Source: Candidatus Mycalebacterium zealandia
GTDB lineage: Bacteria; Desulfobacterota_D; UBA1144; Nemesobacterales; Mycalebacteriaceae
Length of the DNA: 64,000 nucleotides
Assembly (NCBI GenBank): GCA_014075295.1
Contig: CP046180.1
Location: 554,040 to 618,039, forward strand
Reading direction: 5' to 3'
A program made the translations under genes and the position numbers. Position 1 is the first letter of the stretch. Every line of letters starts with the position of its first letter. The notes beneath the pieces are model-generated. The model made no database searches. It was not told where the DNA came from and was given only the letters and a program-made list of their open reading frames with translations. This document shows, one piece after another, positions 27,780 to 36,670 of this stretch.

Positions 27780-30700
27780 TGTGTTTTAGTGTTGTTTTTA
27801 GCGAGACCAAGAGCATTTATGGATTCTTGTTTTACTTTGTATTCCGCCATTAGTGTTGAAGGAGCCATTGCCAATTCAAGTTTTTTCTTTTCATCGGAGG
27901 ATAGTTTTTTAAAATCTTGATCTGAGGTTCCGTCTGTGTGTTTTCGTAGTATCAATTTTATACACTGATTTTTCTGTCCTCTGTCTATTTTCCGCACTCT
28001 ATAGAATATTTTCTCACCGTTTTTCTGAACACTTACGGTGTCATTTATACATAGACTCATAACAAATTCCCGGTTTTCCCCGTGTTCAGTTTTTACAATC
28101 GGTTCTTTCCTAATTCTTGTTCTCTCTGCGGCTTTCATAGTTGTTACAACAATACTCTCATATTTTCCGGTTTCTCCATTCTTGATAATTTCCACATGAT
28201 GATTGTTGCCATATTGCAAAACCTTTGAGATTTTTCCTGCTTTATTCTTCTTCGTATAGTAAAAACTCTCATTAAAGGTTTTAGACATCCAAACTTTAAC
28301 GCGTCTGACAGCATCTCCCGTTTCCGGGTGTTTCAACGGTTGTTCTTTCAAAGCTTTTTTTGCCTTGCTCAAATCATTTCCTTGTTCCAAAACATATCTT
28401 TCAAATGCTTCTCTAACAGTTGGAGATACTATCTCTTTGTTCTTCAACACAGCGTCTGATATATCAGTCAAGTTTTTACGAACAACAATTCCTTTTTTGC
28501 CGTTTTCTTCTCTTACTCCATAAATCGTGTCTTCGTGAAATGCTCCCGTTATTTTTCTGTTTGTTGCATGAGAGACAATCATTCCATCTACAGCTTCCTG
28601 CAGTCTGTTTCTGAGATTGTCAAGAATTCTAGGGGGTTCCAATCCATGTTCGGGGTCTATGGAATCACCGCTAGCCTCTGATGCCACTTTGACTATTTTT
28701 TGATAAAGACTGCGGTTCGTAAGCGCAATCACGGTTGCGTCAATCGCGTGGTGTCTGTGGTCGGCGCGGTTTTTCTCTCCCGTTTCGCTGAGAATTTTAT
28801 TTAATCCCCATTGGTGACGGAGCCAACTTGTTATTCCGCCTTTTGTAAAAGTTACATCGCAACCGAGAGTTCTCATATACTTGCCGGTTTCTTTTGCTAT
28901 GTAGCGTGCGTCAGTCAGCTGGCTGTTAACAAAATCTTCAATTCCTTCCATTTTTTTTGCCAGAATTCTTCCGCATTTTGCTTCGGGATAGTTGTTGCGT
29001 TTTGCCATGCTCTCAATGGTTTTCCATTGTTCTGTTTCGCCAAATGCTTCCCACGGTGTTTTGTTGTGCTTTTCCCTGTTCTCTTTTGCAAAACATATGA
29101 CCTTGTTCATATAAGAGTTATCAAGACTTCTGCTATACGGAAGAATGTGATCTATTTCAACATCGGAAGACCAGAGGTCCGTCAAACTGATAGACTTTCC
29201 GCTGTATGAACATTTACACTCACTTTCTTTCCAGAGTCTGTATTTCAGTTTGTCCTGATGGCTTATATATTTCTTTAACCGCAAGTCGGGTTCCCTATCT
29301 CTGATGCTATTGTATTTTTCTTCCGCTTCCTCATTGGCTTTCCTATTCTTTTTATGTATTTGTTCCGCTCTTTTGTATTTTTCCGTGTTCATCTCTAAAT
29401 CACGAGACATTTCTATGCGTATAGCGGTTGGTTTCCCGTACTCTTTGATAATTGCATTCACAACACGCCGGACTTCATAAAGAGCTTTTGTAACAATGGG
29501 ATTCGGTATAAAAGGCAGTTCGCCAAGAGTTTCTTTGTCTCCGGTCTTCGGTTTTGTAATGTCTTTATAGCCTGCTACTTGAACCGCTCCCGTTTCATCT
29601 TCCTTGTCGCTTTCCCTGCTATAAACCCTGCCTTCTTTAAGGTGTGGCAGGATTTTATTTATTGCTTTCAGTGAAAGATTTCCATGTCCCTCTTCCAATT
29701 CCAGAACAGCAAGTTTGACAGCTTTTTCCAAATCAAATTTCCAGTGATCTTGCAGGCGTTTTTTCAGTTTTATTTTGGACTCATAGGAAATTAAGTCTTC
29801 AACAAGTTGTTTTTGTTTGCTGTCGTCGAGTGAGTCGTCCCAATCATCTCCGATAATCTCTCTTATTCCGCAAGCTGTTGTGTTTCCCTTAATACCCTTT
29901 CTGCTTTTTCCTTCAACTTTTTCCAGATTGAATTTTGTTCGTTTGTTCAGGCTGAACAGGGTTTTTATTTTTGCCCATGTCAGATTTTTGTTTTTCTCAA
30001 GCGTTTCGGCAATTAGTTGTTTCTGCTCAGGCGAGGGTTTTACATCTCTTTCTCCCGTTTCGGTGTCATCCCAACTTAAATTGTTAATGTCCTGCCAGTA
30101 ACGAAATTGCTGAAATTCAAGACGTTCCATTTTCACTCTTTTCTTTTTCGGTTCAAGAGAACAATTACCCACGGTGTTTTTATTCCAAATTATAGAGCGT
30201 TGGTTAAAGATGATTTTCTCAATCGCGTTTTTGACATTTTCCGTATAAATCTTTGGATTAAGTGCGAATTGCTTACGGAAGATTTGTTCAAACTCTTCCT
30301 GATACATTTTTCTGTCGGTTCTGCGGTCATGATATTCTCCTCTGTTGCGTTTGCGGTTCAGGGTTGAGAGGTGTTCGCCAAGGGTTCTTTTTCCGGCTTC
30401 TTTTATATCATCTCGGAGTTCTTGAATGTCTTTTTTGAATTTGTTTTCATCGTTGTCAGTTTTTGCAGATTTATCTTCAATTTCTAAAATTTCCCGCACC
30501 TCCGGGTCATCACGCAAATTTCCAAATCCCGTTTTGCGGTTGCTTAAAAATCCTCGCCGTGTTCCCAAGTGAAGTATCGCGCGTCCAAACTTATGTGGAG
30601 TCAATTCTTCGTCCAACGCTTTTGCCCTTAAATCATAAGGGTTGCCCAGTTTGTTAAGTTCCGTTTCAGGATTGGGTTCATCTTTCAGAGAATTCGGCAG

Positions 30701-30964
30701 AAATTCTTTGCTTATCAGATAGTTTCTCAGACGCATTTTACGTCTATGTCGCCTTTCAATTACACGCCTTAAAAGCCGTTTCTCTCGACGGTTTTGATTT
30801 TTTGGGGTGGGTGTTTTGTCTTCAACGGAACGGATAAAAATCCTGCTTCCACAACTTACGAGTCCTTTCGGTTTGCCGTTCTTTTCCTCTACAACACTCC
30901 AGCCAATGGAGTTTGTTCCCATATCAAGACCAATTGTGTATTCAGACAGTTTTGCTTTTTTCAT
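27776..30964 (-). CDS. cas9: Cas9 endonuclease, type II-C
   Basis: 1062 aa. RuvC-I motif YTIGLDMGTNSIGWSVV (Asp14). HNH motif VEIDHILPYSRSLDNSYMNKVICFAKENREKHNKTP (His about residue 606). Arg-rich bridge helix KNQNRREKRLLRRVIERRHRRKMRLR. No csn2 or cas4 in the locus, hence II-C. Confidence 0.9.
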   Translation of the reverse strand: MKKAKLSEYTIGLDMGTNSIGWSVVEEKNGKPKGLVSCGSRIFIRSVEDKTPTPKNQNRREKRLLRRVIERRHRRKMRLRNYLISKEFLPNSLKDEPNPETELNKLGNPYDLRAKALDEELTPHKFGRAILHLGTRRGFLSNRKTGFGNLRDDPEVREILEIEDKSAKTDNDENKFKKDIQELRDDIKEAGKRTLGEHLSTLNRKRNRGEYHDRRTDRKMYQEEFEQIFRKQFALNPKIYTENVKNAIEKIIFNQRSIIWNKNTVGNCSLEPKKKRVKMERLEFQQFRYWQDINNLSWDDTETGERDVKPSPEQKQLIAETLEKNKNLTWAKIKTLFSLNKRTKFNLEKVEGKSRKGIKGNTTACGIREIIGDDWDDSLDDSKQKQLVEDLISYESKIKLKKRLQDHWKFDLEKAVKLAVLELEEGHGNLSLKAINKILPHLKEGRVYSRESDKEDETGAVQVAGYKDITKPKTGDKETLGELPFIPNPIVTKALYEVRRVVNAIIKEYGKPTAIRIEMSRDLEMNTEKYKRAEQIHKKNRKANEEAEEKYNSIRDREPDLRLKKYISHQDKLKYRLWKESECKCSYSGKSISLTDLWSSDVEIDHILPYSRSLDNSYMNKVICFAKENREKHNKTPWEAFGETEQWKTIESMAKRNNYPEAKCGRILAKKMEGIEDFVNSQLTDARYIAKETGKYMRTLGCDVTFTKGGITSWLRHQWGLNKILSETGEKNRADHRHHAIDATVIALTNRSLYQKIVKVASEASGDSIDPEHGLEPPRILDNLRNRLQEAVDGMIVSHATNRKITGAFHEDTIYGVREENGKKGIVVRKNLTDISDAVLKNKEIVSPTVREAFERYVLEQGNDLSKAKKALKEQPLKHPETGDAVRRVKVWMSKTFNESFYYTKKNKAGKISKVLQYGNNHHVEIIKNGETGKYESIVVTTMKAAERTRIRKEPIVKTEHGENREFVMSLCINDTVSVQKNGEKIFYRVRKIDRGQKNQCIKLILRKHTDGTSDQDFKKLSSDEKKKLELAMAPSTLMAEYKVKQESINALGLAKNNTKTQ

Positions 30965-30984
30965 TTGCCACTCTCACCAATTGT

Positions 30985-31012
30985 TTGACAAATTGCTTTG
31001 TCCCGATACGAT
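30985..31012 (+). promoter_or_regulatory. candidate sigma70 promoter for the tracrRNA (TTGACA -N16- TACGAT)
   Basis: Perfect -35 TTGACA at 30985-30990 and TACGAT at 31007-31012, placing +1 about 31019-31021 at the first base of the anti-repeat. Overlaps the 5' region upstream of cas9, in divergent orientation. Confidence 0.4.
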
Positions 31013-31020
31013 ACATAACT

Positions 31021-31136
31021 ATTGTTACTGACTGAAACCTGTCCAAACATTTTTTTTCAATTCATAACAAGAGACTAATGTTTCGCAGGCAACCCCTTCG
31101 GGGGACCTTGGCGCCTCCCAGTGGGGCGCTTTTTTA
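31021..31136 (+). ncRNA. tracrRNA: predicted tracrRNA
   Basis: 31021-31044 ATTGTTACTGACTGAAACCTGTCC matches the reverse complement of repeat positions 13-36 at 22/24. 31059-31068 AATTCATAAC complements repeat positions 1-10 with one G-U wobble. Between them is a 14-nt U-rich bulge. Downstream are a CCCC-TTCG-GGGG hairpin and a GC-rich hairpin GCGCCUC-CCAGU-GGGGCGC followed by TTTTTT at 31130-31135. Confidence 0.6.
31111..31135 (+). terminator. intrinsic terminator of the tracrRNA
   Basis: 7-bp GC-rich stem (GCGCCUC / GGGGCGC with one G-U) and a 5-nt loop, then a U6 tract. Confidence 0.6.
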
Positions 31137-31186
31137 TGCCTTTCGCAATATAGTTATACTCAATACCTGTAAGGAGAACTTCCGTA

Positions 31187-32629
31187 ATGAGTGTTAAAAA
31201 AATCCCTCTACAATTCAAAACAGACATTCCACCTGCGGGCGAGACGGAAGTTGTAAATCCTTTTGACGGCTCCGTTATTGCCACGCTTGAGACGGCGGGG
31301 GAAAAGCATATCAATGAGTTGCTTGAGACCGCGAAAGAACTTTATGACGACCGCGCCGGATGGCTTACGGTTCAAAAAAGGGTGGAAATCCTTGAGCGGA
31401 CGGCTTCCATTATCTCGGAGCGCGAAGACGATTTAATAAAACAGGCGGCGGGCGAGGGCGGAAAACCGTATAACGATTCAAAGGTGGAGATTTACAGGGC
31501 GTCCGACAGCGCGAAAATTGCAGCCGAAACAATCCGCACAGAGGCGGGAAATGTTATTCCGATGGGTGGCGACCTTTACAGCGCGAACAGGGCGGCTTTC
31601 ACACAGAAAGAGCCGATAGGCGTTGTTGTGGCCGTTAGCGCGTTCAACCATCCGCTCAATCTCATCGTTCATCAGGTCGGCGCGGCGGTTGCCGCCGGTT
31701 GTCCCGTTATTGTCAAACCCGCCGTGGAAACTCCGCTCTCATGCGTTTCCTTCAAAGACATTCTGGTTGAAGCGGGCCTGCCTCCTGAGTGGTGTCAGGT
31801 CGTCATCACGGATTCAAACGACACCGCGCAGGCGCTTGTAACCGATGAACGGACGGCGTTTTTCAGTTTTATCGGCAGTTCGCGCGTGGGCTGGAGTCTG
31901 CGCTCAAAACTCGCTCCCGGAACCCGTTGCGCGCTTGAACACGGCGGGGTGGCGCCCGCGCTTGTTTATCCCGACGCTGATATGGAGCGTGCGGCGGTTC
32001 TGCTTGCCAAAGGCGGTTTTTATCATGCGGGGCAGGTTTGTGTTTCCACCCAGCGGATATATGTGCAAAAGAAGGAAGGACGGCGGTTTGTTTCGCTTCT
32101 TCAAAAAGAGGCGCAAAGTCTCAAAGTGGGAGACCCCGCTCTTAAATCCACGCAAGTGGGGCCACTCATTCGTCCGTCCGAGGTTGAGCGCGTTCATAAG
32201 TGGGTTACACAGGCCGTTAAAGAGGGAGCGGAGCTTGTTTGCGGCGGAAAACCCGTGCTTGACACATGCTATGAGCCGACCGTTCTTCTCAACCCTTCAG
32301 ATAAATCCCTTGTCAGCACGGAGGAAATTTTCGGTCCGGTCGTCTGTATTTATGAGGTTGACGATATGGAAGACGCCGTAGCGCGCGCGAACGGGCTTGA
32401 TGTGGCGTTTCAGTCTTCGGTGTTCACAAGCGACATTGACACCGCGCTCGCGACCGCGAAAAAACTGAATGCTTCGGGTGTTATGGTGAATGATCATACG
32501 GCGTTCCGCATAGACGGAATGCCGTTTGCCGGGCTTAAAAAATCCGGGCTTGGAACAGGCGGTATTCCGCACACGATAAAAGATATGAGTGTGGAGAAAA
32601 TGGTGGTTTTGCGCTCGGACGGAATTTAA
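31187..32629 (+). CDS. NAD(P)-dependent aldehyde dehydrogenase family protein
   Basis: 480 aa. FNHPLNLIVHQVGAAVAAGCPVIVKPA, EHGGVAP and active-site GQVCVSTQR. Confidence 0.8.
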   Translation: MSVKKIPLQFKTDIPPAGETEVVNPFDGSVIATLETAGEKHINELLETAKELYDDRAGWLTVQKRVEILERTASIISEREDDLIKQAAGEGGKPYNDSKVEIYRASDSAKIAAETIRTEAGNVIPMGGDLYSANRAAFTQKEPIGVVVAVSAFNHPLNLIVHQVGAAVAAGCPVIVKPAVETPLSCVSFKDILVEAGLPPEWCQVVITDSNDTAQALVTDERTAFFSFIGSSRVGWSLRSKLAPGTRCALEHGGVAPALVYPDADMERAAVLLAKGGFYHAGQVCVSTQRIYVQKKEGRRFVSLLQKEAQSLKVGDPALKSTQVGPLIRPSEVERVHKWVTQAVKEGAELVCGGKPVLDTCYEPTVLLNPSDKSLVSTEEIFGPVVCIYEVDDMEDAVARANGLDVAFQSSVFTSDIDTALATAKKLNASGVMVNDHTAFRIDGMPFAGLKKSGLGTGGIPHTIKDMSVEKMVVLRSDGI

Positions 32630-33414
32630 TTCGCGTTACGCTGAACGGCGCAGATTTTTTCAGTGTGCTTTTCCACAAGAGCGGCGATTGCGGGGCGCGG
32701 TTTGTTGCGCAATATTTTTTTCACTTCCGAACATGCGGTCTCACGGTTTCCCGCTTTCATTAAAGCGAGCGCGAGGTTGAGGCGCGCCTTGTTGTATCCC
32801 GGAGCAATTCGCAACGCCGCCTGAAACTGTTTTATTGCTTCGGAGTGTCTTGAAAGACCTTGCAGCAGTTTGCCGTATTCGTTTCTTGAATAGATATTTG
32901 ACGGTTCAAGCTTTATTGATTTGGCAAAAAACCGCTCGGCCGAAGCGGTGTCATTTTTTAGCATGTGCGCTTTGGCGATGTTGACAAGCGCGGCGTAGCG
33001 AAGCGGATAGGTGAGGTCGTGCGCGGCGACTTTGCAGTGTTCAATCGCGCCATCGGGGTTGTTCATTTTGAGATACAGTCCGCACAAGTTGTATCTGGCT
33101 TTTGTGTAGTCGCTTTTGATTTCAAGTGCTTTTTTGTAACTTCTTTCAGCGGCTTGCAGGTCTTTGAGACCAAAATAGGCGATACCCTTGATAAGATGCG
33201 CTTCGGGGTCGCCTTCGGCCTGTTTTCCTGCCATATCAACCTCTTTTATTGCTCCAATAAAATCTCCGCCCCGCGCGTATGAGGCCGCAAGTGTTTTGTG
33301 GTTTCGCAGTTCGTTTGCGGATTTTTTCCCCGCTCCGGCGCACGCCGAAAAAACAAGCGCGGGAGCAAGCAGGATTAGGGAAAACCCCAGACGTTTTAAT
33401 GGATTCAAATTCAT
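32626..33414 (-). CDS. tetratricopeptide-repeat lipoprotein
   Basis: Lipobox LVFSAC after a signal peptide. Several TPR-like helical repeats. Confidence 0.55.
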   Translation of the reverse strand: MNLNPLKRLGFSLILLAPALVFSACAGAGKKSANELRNHKTLAASYARGGDFIGAIKEVDMAGKQAEGDPEAHLIKGIAYFGLKDLQAAERSYKKALEIKSDYTKARYNLCGLYLKMNNPDGAIEHCKVAAHDLTYPLRYAALVNIAKAHMLKNDTASAERFFAKSIKLEPSNIYSRNEYGKLLQGLSRHSEAIKQFQAALRIAPGYNKARLNLALALMKAGNRETACSEVKKILRNKPRPAIAALVEKHTEKICAVQRNAN

Positions 33415-33430
33415 GAAAACATATGGTTTT

Positions 33431-34333
33431 TCAAAACCGTAACATTTCTACAAATTTGCCGAGACGGTCTTCAAATTTTTTTCTGTTCAGTTTTTTTATG
33501 CTTTCAGTCCCCAGTTTTTCCACCGTGAATGAAGCCAGAACCGAACCGTGAATAACCGCTTGTTTCAAGTGTTCGTATCTGTCCGCGCCATTTTCACTCA
33601 AATAACCCATAAATCCTCCGGCAAATGTATCTCCGGCTCCGGTCGGGTCAACGGCGCGTTCCACCGGATATGCGGGCGAGCAGAAAACCTCTTTGCCCGA
33701 AAACATTATGCAACCGAATTCTCCTCTTTTTATCACAACAGTTTCGGGACCCATTTTTTTTATCGTGCGCGCGGCGGCGACCACGGAATTTTCTCCGCTC
33801 AAAGACAATGCTTCGGAGTTGTTTATGATGAGAATGTTCACCATTTTTAGCGTTTTTTTCAGGTCGGACAAACTGTTTTCTATCCAGAAATTCATCGTGT
33901 CGCACGCGACAACACGCGGTGATTTAATCTGTTTGAGCGTTTCCATCTGCGTGACGGGATCCATGTTGGCGAGAAAGACGAACTCCGCGTTTCTGAGTTT
34001 GTCGGGAAGATTCGGTCTGAAGTTTTCAAACACATTCAGGTGAACGGAAAGCGTTTCGGGGTCTCCGAGTTTTTCATCATATCTGCCTTCCCAGCGAAAG
34101 GTTTTTCCGCTTGCCTTCTCAAGTCCTGTTGTGTCAATTCCCGCTTTGCGCAGCAACTCGGAGTGAGGAGCGGGAAAATCTTTCCCGATGACCGCCGAGA
34201 TGCAGACTTTTGTAAACAGAGACGCGCCAAGACACGAATAAACCGCCGAGCCGCCGAGAATTTCATCTCCGCTTTCAATCGGGGTTTGTATGGAGTCAAG
34301 CGCAACCGTTCCTACTATCACAAGTTTGCTCAT
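33431..34333 (-). CDS. PfkB-family carbohydrate/nucleoside kinase
   Basis: Ribokinase-like fold with the C-terminal anion-hole motif DPTGAGDTFAGGF. Confidence 0.7.
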   Translation of the reverse strand: MSKLVIVGTVALDSIQTPIESGDEILGGSAVYSCLGASLFTKVCISAVIGKDFPAPHSELLRKAGIDTTGLEKASGKTFRWEGRYDEKLGDPETLSVHLNVFENFRPNLPDKLRNAEFVFLANMDPVTQMETLKQIKSPRVVACDTMNFWIENSLSDLKKTLKMVNILIINNSEALSLSGENSVVAAARTIKKMGPETVVIKRGEFGCIMFSGKEVFCSPAYPVERAVDPTGAGDTFAGGFMGYLSENGADRYEHLKQAVIHGSVLASFTVEKLGTESIKKLNRKKFEDRLGKFVEMLRF

Positions 34334-35193
34334 TTAAGAAACCTCTCTATTATTATTCCAAGCTGTTCTTTCGTCTTTTCGCTCACCATTTCGGGGCGCG
34401 TTATAATGCTGTTTTTAAGAGCGTTTGCGCAGTCGCAGTTTTGCTCCTCTCCCATTATTTCCAGAGATTTTTTAATTATTTGTTTTGCGGTTTCAACGTT
34501 GTTTGTGAGCGTTTGAATCACATCCTCCACTGTTACGGCGTCATGCCCGGGATGCCAGCAGTCATAGTCCGTTGACATCGCGAGTGTAGCGTAGCAAATT
34601 TCCGCTTCCCGCGCGAGTTTGGCTTCGGGCATGTTCGTCATTCCTATAACGTCAACTCCCCATTGCCGGTAAAGATTGCTTTCCGCCCGCGATGAGAACT
34701 GCGGCCCTTCCATGCAAATATATGTCGCGTCTTCGTGAGTGGTCGCGCCGGACTGCCGGGCGGCTTTGCGCAGAACGGCGGAAAGGTCACCACAAACCGG
34801 ATCCGCCATTGACACATGCGCCGCTATGCCGCTTTCAAAAAAAGTGCTCCGTCTATTTTTTGTGTGGTCTATGAACTGCGACGGAACAACCACATCCCCG
34901 GGACTTATTTCCTCTCTCATACTGCCCACGGCGCTGACCGAAATTATGCGCTCCACGCCGAGGCTTTTCAGCGCGTAGATGTTTGCCCTGTAGTTTATTT
35001 CGGACGGGAGAATTGTGTGTCCGATTCCATGGCGCGGCAGAAAAAGAGCCTTTGTGCGGCCGATTGTTCCCGCTATCACAGGCGCGGACGGCTCGCCCCA
35101 CGGGGTTTTGACTTTGAGCGGCTCAGGGTTTTCAAAGCCGTCCATTTCATAAAGCCCGCTTCCTCCGATGATGCCGACAGTCTTCATATTCAC
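34330..35193 (-). CDS. mtnP: S-methyl-5'-thioadenosine phosphorylase (PNP family 2)
   Basis: VGIIGGSGLYEMDGFE N-terminus and MTAP-like body. 287 aa. Confidence 0.8.
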   Translation of the reverse strand: MNMKTVGIIGGSGLYEMDGFENPEPLKVKTPWGEPSAPVIAGTIGRTKALFLPRHGIGHTILPSEINYRANIYALKSLGVERIISVSAVGSMREEISPGDVVVPSQFIDHTKNRRSTFFESGIAAHVSMADPVCGDLSAVLRKAARQSGATTHEDATYICMEGPQFSSRAESNLYRQWGVDVIGMTNMPEAKLAREAEICYATLAMSTDYDCWHPGHDAVTVEDVIQTLTNNVETAKQIIKKSLEIMGEEQNCDCANALKNSIITRPEMVSEKTKEQLGIIIERFLK

Positions 35194-35843
35194 GTCTCTT
35201 TACGCTTTTTCAAAGCCACAACAAACCTGATTTCGCCGCTTGTCGGAAGTGTTAGTTCCTCCGAGGTGTGGAAAACGGAACCCTGTGGAATCAGCCGTTC
35301 TTCCTCCTCCCATTCCCGCGCGCCGTTTTTACCTTTCATAATCAACACAATGCCTCCCTCTTTTACAAGAGGCAGAGCAGCGCGCGCCACTTCGGGCGAT
35401 TTCGCCACCGCGCGGGCAACCGCGACGTCAAAGCCGCCGCCGATTTTGCCGTTTTCCTTTCCTGCTCTCGCCTTTACCGCGCGCGTATTTTCCAGTTCTA
35501 ATTCCCTTATGATTTCTCTCATGAAGAAAACTCTTTTCTCACGTGAGTCCGCAAGAACAAGGTTGATTGAAGGGCGGCATATTTTAACGGGAATTCCCGG
35601 AAACCCCGCGCCCGCGCCAATGTCAAGCACGGACGCGCCGGGCTCAATATGACGCAACACCGTAAGCGAGTCAATAAAATGCGAAACCGCAATAGTTTCG
35701 GGGTCGGTTATTGACGTAAGGTTGATTTTTGAAGCCCATTTTATGAGCAAATCCGAGTAGGTCTCAAACTTTTCAACCATTTCGGGCTCAATTTCCAACC
35801 CCAGTTGCGCGCCGCTGTGTGTGAGTATTTTCTGTAATTTCAT
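35190..35843 (-). CDS. rsmG: 16S rRNA (guanine527-N7)-methyltransferase RsmG
   Basis: GidB-like sequence with SAM motif VLDIGAGAGFPGIPVKI. Confidence 0.85.
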   Translation of the reverse strand: MKLQKILTHSGAQLGLEIEPEMVEKFETYSDLLIKWASKINLTSITDPETIAVSHFIDSLTVLRHIEPGASVLDIGAGAGFPGIPVKICRPSINLVLADSREKRVFFMREIIRELELENTRAVKARAGKENGKIGGGFDVAVARAVAKSPEVARAALPLVKEGGIVLIMKGKNGAREWEEEERLIPQGSVFHTSEELTLPTSGEIRFVVALKKRKET

Positions 35844-36670
35844 TCTTGAACGCTTATAGACATCGGATGCCTTACAATGATGTTGGGGGCGCCCCTGTAC
35901 ATTGACGCTCTGCCGACAATCCGGACTGTTTTTCCCGTGTAATGCGAGCGCGGAGCAATTCCGAAGTGGCTGAAATTTGCCGCCGAGCCTCCGAAAATTA
36001 CAATTTCAACTCCGCCGTCGGTTTTGAGTATAACCGTACCCCCTCTTTTGCGCGCCGAGCCCGTAATTTTCGCCATTATGACGATTCTTTTGCCCTCCAT
36101 GCGCGCCACTTTGCTTTGTGCGACAACAAACCTTTCGTTGCTTCGGAGTTGGTTGAAATTTCCGTCTCCGCTCCATATGCCTTCACGATTTCGCATGGCG
36201 GTTTTCTGCGCGTTCAGCAGTTCTTTCATCAAAACGGGGTCTTGCTGTCCCAGCTCAATTACGGTTGCGAGACCGGCTTTCACAATTTCCCTGTTCACAT
36301 TTAAGTCGCCGGAAAAAACAAATGCCAACAGCCGCCCGTATCTGTCATACCGCTCCGCACCGAAGCGCGCTCGCACAGTTTTGCTTTTGAGGAGTTTTGA
36401 AAGCAACTCCGTCGCCTCTTTGGAGAACGGGTCGCCCGGAGAGTCGTGTCTCATAATCTCAGGGCAGTCTATTCCTTCAAGCCGTATCAGGCGGCTGCGT
36501 CCGCGTTTATCCGGAACGCGTATTGTGTCGCCGTCAATAATTTGCTCCACAGGGAAGATTTCTTCCTTTTGCGCTTCGTGGGCAAAGTGGGAAGGCAGGT
36601 CCGTGTAGCCCGCGAGCACGGCCAGCGCGATAAGAAAAAGGAGCCATTTTGCCGATTTTGCATTTCTCAA
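35840..36670 (-). CDS. secreted thermonuclease (SNase-like) family protein with extra C-terminal beta domain
   Basis: Signal peptide, then IIDGDTIRV...RLIRLEGIDCPE (staphylococcal nuclease catalytic core), then a roughly 110-aa extension. Confidence 0.6.
   Translation of the reverse strand: MRNAKSAKWLLFLIALAVLAGYTDLPSHFAHEAQKEEIFPVEQIIDGDTIRVPDKRGRSRLIRLEGIDCPEIMRHDSPGDPFSKEATELLSKLLKSKTVRARFGAERYDRYGRLLAFVFSGDLNVNREIVKAGLATVIELGQQDPVLMKELLNAQKTAMRNREGIWSGDGNFNQLRSNERFVVAQSKVARMEGKRIVIMAKITGSARKRGGTVILKTDGGVEIVIFGGSAANFSHFGIAPRSHYTGKTVRIVGRASMYRGAPNIIVRHPMSISVQE

Noticed and set aside
30962-31044. Alternative minus-strand tracrRNA starting at the anti-repeat and running into cas9
   Set aside because: On the minus strand there is no terminator or structured 3' region, and the transcript would overlap the cas9 start codon. 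The plus-strand version has promoter, hairpins and terminator in place.
31075-31314. 79-aa minus-strand ORF overlapping the tracrRNA and aldehyde dehydrogenase start
   Set aside because: No RBS, overlaps stronger features on both sides, and its composition is typical of an antisense artefact.
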